A stretch of 64,000 nt of DNA from Eledone cirrhosa (Eukaryota), in assembly GCA_964016885.1 (NCBI GenBank), contig OZ024742.1, forward strand, positions 227,168,001 to 227,232,000, read 5' to 3'. Position numbers and translations under genes: made by a program. Position 1 is the stretch's first letter, and every line of letters starts with the position of its first letter. Positions 43,035 to 56,001 of this stretch are shown piece by piece. Under the pieces are notes generated by a model. That model searched no databases. It had not been told where the DNA came from and saw only the letters and a list, made by a program, of their open reading frames with translations.

Positions 43035-44400
43035 ACATTATGCCAAACCCATGACTTCCAAACATCTGATCCACCGAAACTCGGCCATTTCGGACCATAC
43101 CAAAATCAACATACTGATTGCGGATTTGGTACGGGTGATGAGAAATGTGTCCCGCATGTGCAACCCCGAAGAACTAGAGAGACACATACAACACTTCATC
43201 CACCGTATGCAGTTCTCTGGCTACAATCAGAGAGATAGAATCAGAGTGTATAAAGGAGCCAGAACCAAATGGGAAAAAATGGTAAATAATGACATAAATG
43301 GGACCTGCCCCTTGTATAGGAGCAAATTTTGGAATAGAATAGAAAGAACTAGGAACAAGGCCAATAGAATAAACTCATGGTATGATAGCAATAAATACCA
43401 TAGTGTAATGTTCATCAATACAACCCTAGAGGCGAACTAGCCTACAAATTTAGAAGGGCCCTAACTAAACATAAACTCAATATTAAGATAGTAGAAAGAC
43501 CAGGTACCTCCGTAAAAACACTTATTAGCAAGACATACCCGTTCCAAAGACCCTCATGTATAGATAAGAAATGTATAACCTGTAAAATAAGCCCCCATAT
43601 TAACTGTAAAACTAGAAATGTAGTGTATAGCATAAGATGTACTGAAGGACAATGTAGAAACAAAAATATAGTGTACATAGGTGAGACAGCTCGTAGTATA
43701 GGGGAACGGATAAATGAACACTGGCGAGACCTTCAAGATAATAAAGAATCATCTGTACTCTACCAACATGCTAAGATAGAACACAAGGGTAAATTAGAGA
43801 ACATAGAAATAAAAATAGAATCCACACACAGAAAAGATGCAATGTTTAGGCAAATTACAGAGGCAGTAAGCATAAAAGAATTACAACCAAAATTAAATAG
43901 AAAATATGAGTGGAACAGCAACATCACAACTTACAATTAAGGACAAAATGAAAACACACACACACATAGAACAAACAACCAACCAACAACATGTAAATAA
44001 ATAAACAAATAGATAAATGAACACAAACACACACAGACACCCGGATGTGGCGCATGCGCAAACTGAGCACACAACACACACACAGAAACAAAATGGCGTA
44101 GGACAGAAGAAAGGAAAGGCACAGAAACAAAGAAAGGAATCCCCAGTCACTGAAGAGGTCACAGAGTGTGTGACGAAAGGACTATGACTATATATAAACA
44201 ACTATCTGGTTGTGGAACCAACCAACCAACCAGAAATTTATAAGTTTGTAAATTTATAAATTTATAAATATATAATAAATTGAAGTGAAAGCAACTGGTG
44301 CGTGTGTTTCTTATTGGCAACATGACCCTCCCAAAGTATAACAATATCAGTTTCAACACACGATTTCAGATAAAGAATCTTGCTAAACAAATTCAGAAAC
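43035..44400 (+). mobile_element. Penelope-like retroelement, 5'-truncated (RT thumb, Cys linker, GIY-YIG endonuclease, 3' UTR)
   Basis: YAKPM..LIHRNSA..TKINIL thumb-like segment; frameshift ~43430; linker CIDKKCITC..NCKTRNVVYSIRC; YIGETARSIGERINEH; RQITEAV..LN; hammerhead in 3' UTR; ends at (TA)n. Confidence 0.88.
44145..44189 (+). ncRNA. Type I hammerhead ribozyme motif in PLE 3' region
   Basis: AGTCA CTGAAGA g GTCACA gagtg TGTGAC GAAA g ga c TA TGACT. Stem I 5 bp, stem II 6 bp, minimal stem III, CUA triplet. Confidence 0.8.
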
Positions 44401-44424
44401 GAAATATATATATATATATATATA

Positions 44425-45950
44425 CAGTATTTACGTATTACAAAACCAACAAAGGCGACGGCCTACTACCCACGCCTTCCAACCAACATCTTCGTGTACA
44501 TAAACATGGAAGAGGTAGGAAGAGTGCACCCAAGCATAAAGTGAAAGGGGCACCGAACGGGCGACTGCGCATTAACACACATAAGAGCGGTCACCTAGAT
44601 GGAACCACCCGTAGCAAAAGTACAAGGACACGTAATCGCCACCGTAACGTCCTATGGTTCCACCCCCCACCCCCCTACTCTCGGAGTGTGGCCTCCAACA
44701 TACCCCGGATGTTCTTCGAAGCCTTAGAGAAGAACTTCCCGCCCAACCATAGATATAGAAAAATTCTTAACAGGAACAATATAAAAATATCCTTCTCTAC
44801 TACTTCTAACCTAGCAGACATCATAGGAACAATGAACCACAGTAAGATCACCAAGACACAGCACCTCGACACAGACGCACCTACACCTGACAATAACTAT
44901 ATTGGCCTTAACAACTCCCTGGCAACATCCAATAGTGTTGACAACGGCATCCGCAGACGCAACCAGCATAACCACGAAATAACTGGGGAACATGCAGGAC
45001 ATGACGTGCGGAATAATAATCGCACCACCCCGCGTGCTGTGGGTTGTAATGGTGCTGCGATAGCGTAGGTAACAACGTAGGCAGCAACAATGATAGCCTT
45101 ACCGTGGGAAATAGACGGAACCGCGACAGAAATTGCAACTGCCGCGACAGAGGACGCTGCCCCCTTAGAGGATACTGCTTGACTGATAGGGTTATATATA
45201 GATGCACTATTACTAGCCACAATAGCGTTAAACATTATATAGGGGCTACCTCCGGCCCGTTCAAAATTAGGTTTCGAACACATCTCCACTCTTTCACAAA
45301 TAGAAAACTAAGGCACTCCACTTCGCTCGCGGACTACATCACATCACTAAAGGACTTAAACATCAGCTTCTCCACGCACTGGGAGATTGTCAGTAGGGCT
45401 GCACCGTACAACTTCAAGAGGAAATGCGATCTTTGCCTCATGGAGCTCTACCACTTCATAACTGCACCCCACGAGCTCATCAACAGCAGAGCTGAAACAG
45501 CGATAAGTTGTACACATCGCTTAAAAATATCCTTCTTCAGATGGGTTAAGGATGAGGAGTTGAAACCGTACACCGGATCTCCCTGCAACAAGTCTTAACA
45601 CCCCGGCGGGCAGGCGCTGCAAAATAACACCTAGGAAACAATCCTTGCATACCAGACCCAGCCTCAGACAAACAGATGCGGCAAAAAAAAAAAAAAAATT
45701 GTCCGGGAAAGACGCCCTAACACCGGCCGGAGTTACATCCCTTGACCTGCTGCAAAATCAACACAAGCTATTTTTGCGAGCAATGAACCTTGATGTGGAT
45801 TTAACCCAAAAAACTCTTTCCGAGCAATATAAGGAACACTTTTCATTATTTATGCCCTTGAGAAGCCCAACTGGGCGAAACGTACGTAGGTGCTGTTTTA
45901 AATAAACATGTTTTAACGGTCTATTCTCCGATTTTTTTTACTTTCCCACG
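44425..45950 (+). mobile_element. Second, divergent Penelope-like element fragment (C-terminal GIY-YIG)
   Basis: RNVLWF.PPYS...KNFP..H...KILNRNNIKISFS linker; CNCRDRGRCPLRGYCL knuckle; VIY..HYIG..FKIRFRTH; KCDLC..LIN..CTH; hammerhead; flanked by (TA)n on both sides. Confidence 0.85.
45854..45893 (+). ncRNA. Hammerhead motif, U3-A8 variant
   Basis: gccc TTGAGAA GCCCA ac TGGGC GAAA cgtacg TA ggtgc. Palindromic ACGTACGT stem III, GUA triplet, bulged stem I. Confidence 0.72.
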
Positions 45951-45994
<44 letters not shown>

Positions 45995-46139
45995 ATTTTC
46001 CCTGTTCAAAGACAATGGAGATCAAATTTAAATAAGTACTCAATACATATTAAGCATGGTTAATCTATAGAAGATAAACTGTATTTCATTAGCCCACTAA
46101 CCACTGCCAATAAGTCTACAACTGGTACTTATCACTATA

Positions 46140-46490
46140 GTAAAAGGTAAAGGTAAAGGCCCCCTTTGGTGACAAATGACCATGGGATTTGCACCTAGAG
46201 AGTTCCCCTCCAAGGTACAAGTCCAAGCAAGATTGTTTGTGGAAGACCAGCAGTCACCCATGCATACCAGCTTCCCCTCTCCATGCCACCGATGTTGTCC
46301 AAGGGAAAGACAAAGGGCAACACAGCTTGACACTGGTGAAGTCACAACTCATTTCTACAGCTGAGTGAATTGGAGCAACGTGAAATAAAGTATCTTGCTC
46401 AAGAACACAACGCAAAGCCTGGCTCGAGAATCGAACTCACAATCTCACGATTGTAAGCCTGGTGCTCTAACCACTAAGCCATGCTCCTTC
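46140..46490 (-). mobile_element. tRNA-derived SINE (second family)
   Basis: Reverse complement has A box tggcttagtgg, B box gagttcgattc and body gtgttcttgagcaagatacttt. Related copies at 42560-42655, 53300-53605 and 56932-57207. Confidence 0.8.
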
Positions 46491-46500
46491 ACTATAGTAA

Positions 46501-46719
<219 letters not shown>

Positions 46720-47052
46720 TAAGTTATTTACATCGTTTCTCATATTTTATTGTCATCATCATCACAATCATCATTACTATCATTTTCATCATCACCATTT
46801 TCTAACTCCTTATGTTCTGAGTTCAAATCCTGCTGAGACCAACTTTGCCTTTCAATCTTCGAGAGGCAGGGATGATCAAATTAAGTACCAGTCTAGGCTC
46901 AATATAATCATCTTTTGCCTTCACAAAAATTGCTGACCTTGTGTCAAAATCATCATCAGGCAAGGTGTTATTAAGATATATTCTTTCTCCTGTTGAATAG
47001 ATATTAAATATAATAGAGCAGTGAATACATATACATATATTGATAGATTAAA

Positions 47053-47270
47053 AGGGCAGTGGATTGGCAGTATCAGTAGAGTGTTGGACACCATGCTTTG
47101 AAGCATAAAGTTACGGCCCTTTACATTCTGAGTTCAAATGCTGCCGAGGTTAACTTAGCATTTCATCCTTACAGGGTTGATAAAATAAACTACCAGTCGC
47201 GCACTGGGCTGATTTCATCGACTTTCCCCTCCCCTTCAAATTGCTGGCCTTGTTCCTAAAGTAGAAACAA
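47053..47270 (+). mobile_element. Full-length Nin-like tRNA SINE
   Basis: ggcagtggattggcag...ctgagttcaaat...tttcatccttacagggttgataaaataaactaccag...ctggccttgttcctaaagtagaaac. Confidence 0.75.
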
Positions 47271-47986
47271 TTATTATATAGATTAAAATAACTGAAATAT
47301 ATTTTCCCCTTTTTCTTTTTCCTTGGCACAAGGAGGTCAGATATATAACTTTTCATGTATTTATATTTTGACAACACAGGCCCACTGTTGTTGTTCATTT
47401 TATTAAATTCTGTTATTATATAAAAACCTCTAATATTTTCTACAGTCTAGTAAGGTCACCTGATAGTACCACTTATACACAGTCCTCTCTAGTAGTATAT
47501 ATGTACTACAGTCCACCAGTAGTACCTTTATACCATAGTCCAATAGTAAGTATGTATGGATCTGTAACTTCTGATAGAGGTGGCACCATAGTGATATCAG
47601 CATGTCTTGGACATTTTAAACCTTGCAAAGCGCATGCATTCCTATATCTAAACACTGCTGATTTCTTCCAGAAGAAAGAGGAGAGGAGAGAGAGAGAGAA
47701 TTGACCCCAGTACTAGACTGGTACTTCTTTCATTACCCTTCAAAGAATGAAATATAAAGTTGTCCTTGGTGAAATTTGAACTCAGAGCCCAGAGAACCAG
47801 AATGAATTCTGCAAAGCACTCTATCTGACCTACTAACTTCCAGAAGGACTATCACCACCTATGTATGGTTCCCTTATAGTACCACATATTTACAATCCAC
47901 TAACATATATTTTGTCAACTCTTTCCTTTACACTTTCCTACTCCAGCTCCTTGTTATTCTCTCATGCTATTATTCTTCACTTTCAG

Positions 47987-48091
47987 ATACAGGAAGATGG
48001 CTCTTTTACAGAAGAAAATTCTGTTGGAGGGTTCTTGCACGCTCTGCTGTGATAAACAAGCTAGTATGGTGTTGTTGCCATGCCAGCACAA
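47987..48091 (+). CDS. RSPRY1: RSPRY1 coding exon (first half of RING finger)
   Basis: tttcag| and |gtaagt. 105 nt: YRKMALLQKKILLEGSCTLCCDKQASMVLLPCQH(K), supplying the CxxC...PCxH RING ligands. Phase consistent on both sides. Confidence 0.92.
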
Positions 48092-48786
48092 GTAAGTTAC
48101 ACTATCTTTTAAAATATATTTACAATTTTGGTACACATACACACTTATATGTGTGTGTGTGTTTATATATATATGTATATATATATATGTCAGGTCACTC
48201 TTTAGTGCTACTGGTAACATGTAACCCAGTACAACCTGTCGCATGGTCGGATCGTTGGCAACTAAACCGGCAACCCCACCAAGTTTACTTGGTGAGGAGG
48301 GTGATTTTGGACACCCTGCAGGACAAAAAACAAAACCTGACAAAAGGCAAAAGAAGTCATAAGAGTCAACGGCCATCCAAAAGTGTGTAAATATGTATAT
48401 ACACATGTACATATGTATGTATATGTGTATGTATATGTGCGGGGACATAGAAATAGTCAGGCTGGACACCCGATCGCGAGGTTAAACCACTGGGAGTGAA
48501 GGAACCCTAGCCTTTGTCAGGGCATTCTTCTAGGAGAAGGCAACTCAGGAAACTGGGATAACTCTGATATAAAACCTGCAACTCAGTAGTTACCGATGAT
48601 GTTGATCTTTTTTTCTTTTCGGGTTATAGCTACTGTCGCTCAGAGAGTGGGATTGGCTCAGTGCACAGTCTTTCCTCACTTTAAAAAATATCTTCACGCA
48701 CAGGCATTGCACGATAGAATTAATTAATAATTATTAATAATGGTATATCGTGCAATGGACATACTTGATAACGAGGGGGCAGCCAT

Positions 48787-48853
<67 letters not shown>

Positions 48854-48862
48854 ATATATATA

Positions 48863-49379
48863 CATGTGATGCGTATAAAGAATGACAGCTGCATAAAAAG
48901 GTGCAGAGCACTAGAAGTCGATGGAAACTGCGGAGTGGGGAGGCCCAAGAAGACCTGGGATGAGGTGATAAAAGCCGACCTTGCCCAATTACACCTCTCA
49001 AAGGTGATAGCACATGACCGTGACCTCTGGCGTCGCGCAGTAATACAGATCACCCGACCGCCCCCACGGGTACAAGCCGAAGCTGAAGCATATAGACAAT
49101 ATTCCCCCACACCCTCCTACTGCAAAGTGGAGGTGCCACGGCAAAAAAGCACCCAGCCCTCACTGTAAAGTGGACGTGTAGGCGCCACAGAAAAAAGCAT
49201 CCAGCACTCACTGTAAATGAGATTGGTATTAAGAAGGGCATCCAGCTGTAGAAATCAAGCCAGAATCAGTTCCCGTATGAGCAAGGCATGGTCAGCCGAC
49301 CGCACACTGCCCACAACAGGACAACCCGTCTAACCCATGGTAGCGTGGAAGAACAGACGTAAAATGGTGATGATGATGA

Positions 49380-49383
<4 letters not shown>
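48863..49383 (+). mobile_element. RTE LINE 3' end
   Basis: HVMRIKNDSCIKRC...GRPKKTW; 3' UTR matches 52640-53150; (gat)n tail; embedded in (TA)n. Confidence 0.88.
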
Positions 49384-49410
<27 letters not shown>

Positions 49411-49413
<3 letters not shown>

Positions 49414-49990
49414 GAGAGCAATCCCAAAAGTAAGGTCTCCAAAGCGATGGGAACGCAGAGAAACTGTTCGTATGGCTGTTGGTAACACTGTTGGTGCTTC
49501 CTTCACTCCCAAAACAAGCATGCGCGTGCTTCACTGGAATGCTCAATCTTGGCTTGGCAACCTTGGGAATGGAGCTCCCGTTGAACACTACCGCCAAGTG
49601 CGTAGTTTGCGCAGTTATTCGGTTTTTGAACGTAAAAGGCGTTGAACCGATTGAAATTCATCGCCAATTGACGGAAGTGTATGGACAGTCGTGCATGGAT
49701 GTCAAAAACGTTCGCAAGTGGTGTAGAGAGTTTACAGCCGGTCGTACTGAAATTCACGACGAACAAAGGGGCGGGAGACCGTCAATTTCTGACGAGACAG
49801 TCGCAATTTTTCCGTTAAAATCCTGTGGATGGGAAACCTCAGAAACCAAAATGCAGAGAGCATCCAGAGTGATCCGCCGATCTTTACGCATGTTTTCCTC
49901 AACCTTTGCAACTGTCTCGTCGGAAATTGACGGTCTCCCGTTCCTTTGTTCGTCGTAAAGTTCAGTACGACCGGCTGTAAACTCTCCACT
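49411..49990 (+). mobile_element. mariner transposon left end (TIR-like + N-terminal HTH) joined to an inverted second mariner fragment
   Basis: TIR-like catgagagcaatcccaaaagtaagg after TA. + strand VIRFLNVKG...EIHRQLTEVYG...VRKWCREF.AGRTEIHDEQRGGRP. Minus strand (49824-49988) EF.AGRTELYDEQRNGRP...RKDRRITL. Confidence 0.85.
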
Positions 49991-50547
49991 GAAACACCCC
50001 ACTTGCCGACTTTGTAAGGGGTAACCCCTGCTTACAAAGGTAGATGTAACTTTTTTATATATTTTTTATCATTTCCTCTATATTTCCTTCTCCCCCCCCA
50101 ATCCCTTCCTAGTCCTTCCACCCCAGATCTCCTTCTTTGTCGTCGTTCTTTTCACCTTCTCGCCCACCCCGATGCAGCCCTGCGGTCCTCTGTAGCCTCA
50201 GTACCCCCACCCCCTTATTTTATGATAGAATTGGCTGATTCCGCTTTTTATAGCAGATGTGCTAGACCCCAAATACTTGCTTTCTCCTCTGGTTGCTGCT
50301 CCATTTCCGTGATTTCTAGATTTCTTAGTAGTATTTCTGCTTTAGTTTCTCGTATATCAGTATTTATTTTTTGGGATTCTGAATTAATTTTTCGTATTAG
50401 CTTTTCATATATATTGTACGAGTATTTATGTAGATTGTATTAGAATTTATGTATTGTAGCAGTATTTATATATATTGTATTAGTTTTTTTATATATATTG
50501 TATGAGTATTTATGTAGATTGTATTAGAATGTTTGTATTGTAGCAGT

Positions 50548-50737
50548 CATCATCATCGTTTAACGTCCATGTTCCACGCTTGCATGGGTTTGGACGGGAG
50601 TTTTCCCACTTGAGGCAAGAGTGGTTGTCTTGCTTGCATAGGACTGTCTGGCGGGTTTTCTACAGCTGGATGCCCTTCCTAACACCAACCACATTTACAG
50701 TGTGGGACTGGGAGGTTTTTACGGTGTTGCCTACACA
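50548..50737 (-). mobile_element. Short RTE 3'-end insertion
   Basis: Reverse complement of the 3' UTR at 3370-3560, with catcatcat tail. Confidence 0.85.
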
Positions 50738-51314
50738 GTACTTATATATATTGTATTAGTATTCATGTTTCGTGATTCTGAATTAATATTTTGTATTAGT
50801 TTTTTTAGTATGTTGGTCCTCAACTTGCTGACCTATCATTGTAAGATAGCTTTGGCCGATTACTACTAACTATTGTAGTGGTGGTAGACCCCCTGTAATG
50901 ATGGCCTCATAAAATTCTTTCACTACAATCTCATATTTAGTATTCCTTCCCACCTATTAAACTTTTCTATAGCTTCGCAGTACCAGTGAGAGATTTGATG
51001 ATTGTGGAAGGGGACTAGTAACCAGAAATTGTTTTTTTATATATTTACTCCATTTAGATTTACTTATTGTCCCCCCCCCCTCACCTTCTCTAGTATACTT
51101 TTTTCGAGCTTCTTTACACTATCCTTAGAATCTACTTTAGTTTTCACTTTCAACGCTTGACTGCTGGGTTTCCTCCACACTCTCTCTCCCTCTTTCTTCT
51201 ACTGGCAAGTTCAGCTACCCCTACCTTCCATAAAATGTCATGATAGAATCATGTGTCTTAACAACAAACTTTTGACCAATCCTTGTGACAATCACTTTTA
51301 CCATATATGGAATT

Positions 51315-51410
51315 ACCCCCTGAGAAATTTGGCTATTCATTTACCAAGCTAAAAATTTTCATTTAGTCCAGAATTAGCCGTCGAAACGGCTTGAGCTCAG
51401 CCGTTGGGGT
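51315..51410 (+). ncRNA. Degenerate long-stem-II hammerhead motif
   Basis: ACCCC CTGAGAA ...ggcta...tagccgtc GAAA cggcttgagctcagccg TT GGGGT. C3-A8 mismatch and GUU triplet suggest it is inactivated. Confidence 0.6.
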
Positions 51411-51490
51411 CTGACTTGTTCCTATATATATATGTACATATATATATATATATGTGTGTGTGTGTACATATATATATATATATATGTGTG

Positions 51491-51544
<54 letters not shown>

Positions 51545-51585
51545 TATATATATACATATATATATATATACATGTGTACATATAC

Positions 51586-51624
<39 letters not shown>

Positions 51625-51651
51625 TATATATATACATATATATATATGTAC

Positions 51652-51698
<47 letters not shown>

Positions 51699-51713
51699 CA
51701 TGTGTACATATAC

Positions 51714-51744
<31 letters not shown>

Positions 51745-51753
51745 CATGTGTAC

Positions 51754-51803
<50 letters not shown>

Positions 51804-51809
51804 GTGTAC

Positions 51810-51845
<36 letters not shown>

Positions 51846-51872
51846 CCATATATATATATATATGTATATATA

Positions 51873-53148
51873 TGCCCATGGGAACTCCTGTATGCTGATG
51901 ACCTCGCACTTATAGCTTAATCTATGGTAGAACTAGAGAAGAAATTCCAAACTTGGAAGCAGGGACTAGAAAGAAAGGGTCTCAAAGTTAACATGACAAA
52001 GACTAAGGTCCTTGTAAGTAGATGAGAAAACAGAACCCAGATCCCCTCAGGGAAATGGCCTTGCTCAGTATGTAGGAAAGGTGTAGGTAGGAACTCCATT
52101 CTCTGCCCCAAATTCAAACAATGGGTACACAAGAGATGTAGCGGGATCTCAGGAAGGTTAATTAAGAATGTAGGCTTCACATGCAGCAGCTGTGCTGGGA
52201 CAACAAGCAGCAAACAGCCACAGGAAACAAGTACCACCAATCTCTGGGAGGGCTCTGTAGAAACAGTAGACAGCTTCTGCTACCTAGGTGACCGAATTAG
52301 CAGCGGAGGTGGGTGTTCAGAAAGTACAATAACTAGGGTAAGAACGGGATGGAAGAAGTTTAGGGAACTACTACCACTGCTAGCTGCAAAAGGCTTCTCC
52401 CTCAAAATGAAAGGCAGACTGTATGATGCGTGTATCCGAACAGCGATGTTGCATGGTAGTGAGACCTGGGTGCTGAAGGTGGAAGACTTACGTAGATTAG
52501 AGAGAAACGAAGCCTGCATGCTCGGATGGATGTGTAATAGTAATATACGCGAACGACAAAGCATAAAGGAATTGAGAGAGAGACTGAGCATAAGAGGAAT
52601 CAAATGCTGTTCGCAGGAGAGGCGGTTGTGTTGGTATGGACATGTGATGCGTATGAAGGATGACAGCTGCATAAAAAGGTGCAGAGCACTAGAAGTCGAT
52701 GGAAACCGCGGAGTGGGGAGACCCAAGATGACCTGGGATGAGGTGATAAAAGCCGACCTTACCCAATTACACCTCTCAAATGCGATGACAAATGACCGTG
52801 ACTTCTGGCGTCACGCAGTAATACAGAGTACCCGACCTCCCATGGGTACAAGCTGAAGCATATAGACAATATGCCCCCACACCCCCCACTGCAAGGTGGT
52901 TGTGGAGGTGCCACGGCAAAAAAGCACCCAGCCCACACTGTAAAGTGGACGTGTAGGCGCCACGAAAAAGCACCCAGCACTCACTGTAAATGAGGTTGGT
53001 GTTAGGAAGGGCATCCAGCTGTAGAAATCAAGCCAAATCAGTTCCTGTATGAGCAAGGCATGGTCAGCCGACCAGACACTGCCCACAACAGGACAACCTG
53101 TCTTACCCATGTTAGCATGGAAGAACAGACGTAAAATGGTGATGATGA

Positions 53149-53151
<3 letters not shown>
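51873..53151 (+). mobile_element. 5'-truncated RTE LINE with stops
   Basis: [15 protein letters not shown]; Cys-rich segment; KGRLYDACIRTAMLHGSETW; GRPKMTW; (gat)n tail; flanked by (TA)n. Confidence 0.9.
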
Positions 53152-53233
<82 letters not shown>

Positions 53234-53299
53234 TATATATGTACATATATATATATATATGTACATATATATGTACATATATATATACACATATATCAT

Positions 53300-53605
53300 C
53301 ATCATTTTATGTCCGCTTTTCCCTGATTGCAAGGGTGGGACAGGAACTGATTCTGGCTTGATTTCTACAGCTGGATGCCCTTCCTAACACCAACTTCATT
53401 TACAGTGAGTGCTGGGTGCTTTTTTACAGTGGAATGATAGGGACCCCAGTCCCTATCATCTCATTTCTACAGCTGAGTAAACTGGAGCAATGTGAAATAA
53501 AGTGTCTTGCTCAAGGATACAACACATCACCCGGTCTGAGAATTGAACTCACAACCTTTAGATTGCAAGGCCGATGCTCTATGCTCTCACCACTAAGCCA
53601 TGTGC
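53300..53605 (-). mobile_element. tRNA SINE with RTE-like tail
   Basis: Reverse-complement head tggcttagtgg...gtgagttcaattc; tail ggaagggcatccagctgtagaaa shared with the RTE 3' UTR; near-identical to 56932-57207. Confidence 0.75.
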
Positions 53606-54049
<444 letters not shown>

Positions 54050-54140
54050 CGAAGGAAATGTGGTAAGGAACCAGGTGGACCATAACGCACCAAAGTACTC
54101 AATACTTGAGGTAGTAGAGTGGGTAATAGGAACCAGTAAG

Positions 54141-54234
54141 ACCCCGACAGCTGAGCTCAAGCCGTTTCGACGGCTAATTCTGGACTAAATGAAAATTTAT
54201 CCTGGTATTTAAATAGCCGATCTTCTCAAGGGGT
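54141..54234 (-). ncRNA. Hammerhead motif (mirror copy in left arm)
   Basis: Reverse complement of 55908-56001. Confidence 0.75.
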
Positions 54235-55907
54235 AATTCCATATATGGTCAAAGTGATTGTCAAAAATCAGTAGTAATTCTGTGGTTGCAAATTAGTAGG
54301 GGAGATGGTGACTAAACCTGCCAGTAGGAGAAAGAGGGGAGGGGGTGGAGTAGACCCAATCAAGCGTTGGTAGTGCCAGCTACAGCTGGGCATGAGGTCA
54401 AAGAAGATACAGGGGAGGGGGAGGGGGAGGAAGTCGGAACGGTAGGTAGAACAATGGGGGGTAGAAATAGGAAAGAAAAAATACTGAGAGTGAAGAAAAG
54501 CAAATAAGTGTAAAGAAAAAGAAAAAAAAAAGAAAAAGTAAAGTAAATTAAATTCAACGACCTAGGTGTCAGGCTATTGTTAGGCGAGAATAAAATAAAG
54601 AAAGAAAGAAAGAAGTAAATAAATAAATAAATAAATAAATAAGGAAATAAGTAAGAGAACTAGGTGTGACGGATAAGGCAAGGACCCTTTTAAGAGGTAT
54701 AAGTACGTAAATGATACGGTGACGGGTCAACAAAAGGGGCCAAAATACTAAAGAGACTACCACGAAATAAACAATAAAGGTTTCCATCCCGGGCCAGCAA
54801 CGACCCAGTGCAGCAAAGTGAACTTGTACGAGATAATAATTCTGAGTCCCGGGAAAAATATATACTAATGCTAACTCTAAAAGATCTAAAACAAGCTACA
54901 TGAAAGTTCGTACGAAATAAAGGTAGAATACGGAGAAATAAATTCAGAATCCACCCCGCCCAGAAGAAAAGCGAAGCAAGAAATACTGAAACGAAAAAAT
55001 AAGGCATAAGTGCCACTAAGAAATATAGAGGGCACAGAGAATAGTGGGAGCGGTCGGAAAAAGGGGGAAAGTATCCGGGGTCTAAGCCAACTGCTATAAA
55101 GGGCGGAGTCCACCAAATCTATCAAATACTAGGGGAGGGTTATTTTTTCGTTTCAGTATTTCTTGCTTCGCTTTTCTTCTGGGCGGGGTGGATTCTGAAT
55201 TTATTTCTCCGTATTCTACCTTTATTTCGTACGAACTTTCATGTAGCTTGTTTTAGATCTTTTAGAGTTAGCATTAGTATATATTTTTCCCGGGACTCAG
55301 AATTATTATCTCGTACAAGTTCACTTTGCTGCACTGGGTCGTTGCTGGCCCGGGATGGAAACCTTTATTGTTTATTTCGTGGTAGTCTCTTTAGTATTTT
55401 GGCCCCTTTTGTTGACCCGTCACCGTATCATTTACGTACTTATACCTCTTAAAAGGGTCCTTGCCTTATCCGTCACACCTAGTTCTCTTACTTATTTCCT
55501 TATTTATTTATTTATTTATTTATTTACTTCTTTCTTTCTTTCTTTATTTTATTCTCGCCTAACAATAGCCTGACACCTAGGTCGTTGAATTTAATTTACT
55601 TTACTTTTTCTTTTTTTTTTCTTTTTCTTTACACTTATTTGCTTTTCTTCACTCTCAGTATTTTTTCTTTCCTATTTCTACCCCCCATTGTTCTACCTAC
55701 CGTTCCGACTTCCTCCCCCTCCCCCTCCCCTGTATCTTCTTTGACCTCATGCCCAGCTGTAGCTGGCACTACCAACGCTTGATTGGGTCTACTCCACCCC
55801 CTCCCCTCTTTCTCCTACTGGCAGGTTTAGTCACCATCTCCCCTACTAATTTGCAACCACAGAATTACTACTGATTTTTGACAATCACTTTGACCATATA
55901 TGGAATT

Positions 55908-56001
55908 ACCCCTTGAGAAGATCGGCTATTTAAATACCAGGATAAATTTTCATTTAGTCCAGAATTAGCCGTCGAAACGGCTTGAGCTCAGCTGTCGGGG
56001 T
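55908..56001 (+). ncRNA. Type I hammerhead motif, U3-A8 core, extended stem II, GUC site after 55996
   Basis: ACCCC TTGAGAA GA(t)CGGCTA..long insert..TAGCCGTC GAAA CGGCT tgagctc AGCTG TC GGGGT. All three stems pair. Confidence 0.78.

Larger units (their letters stand above)
50045..51425 (+). mobile_element. Diverged copy of the hammerhead-bearing non-coding element (family of 54126-56016), interrupted by an RTE 3' end
   Basis: 3' end 51288-51425 aligns with 55880-56016; 50222-50280 aligns with the reverse complement of 55070-55125; ends in (TA)n. Left boundary approximate. Confidence 0.7.

Noticed and set aside
46400-46490. tRNA gene
   Set aside because: A/B boxes continue into a repeated SINE body; no clean acceptor stem.
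54830-55125. Coding potential of the fold-back element (similar peptides in the 50222-50400 copy)
   Set aside because: In-frame stops in both copies; similarity is explained by nucleotide homology.
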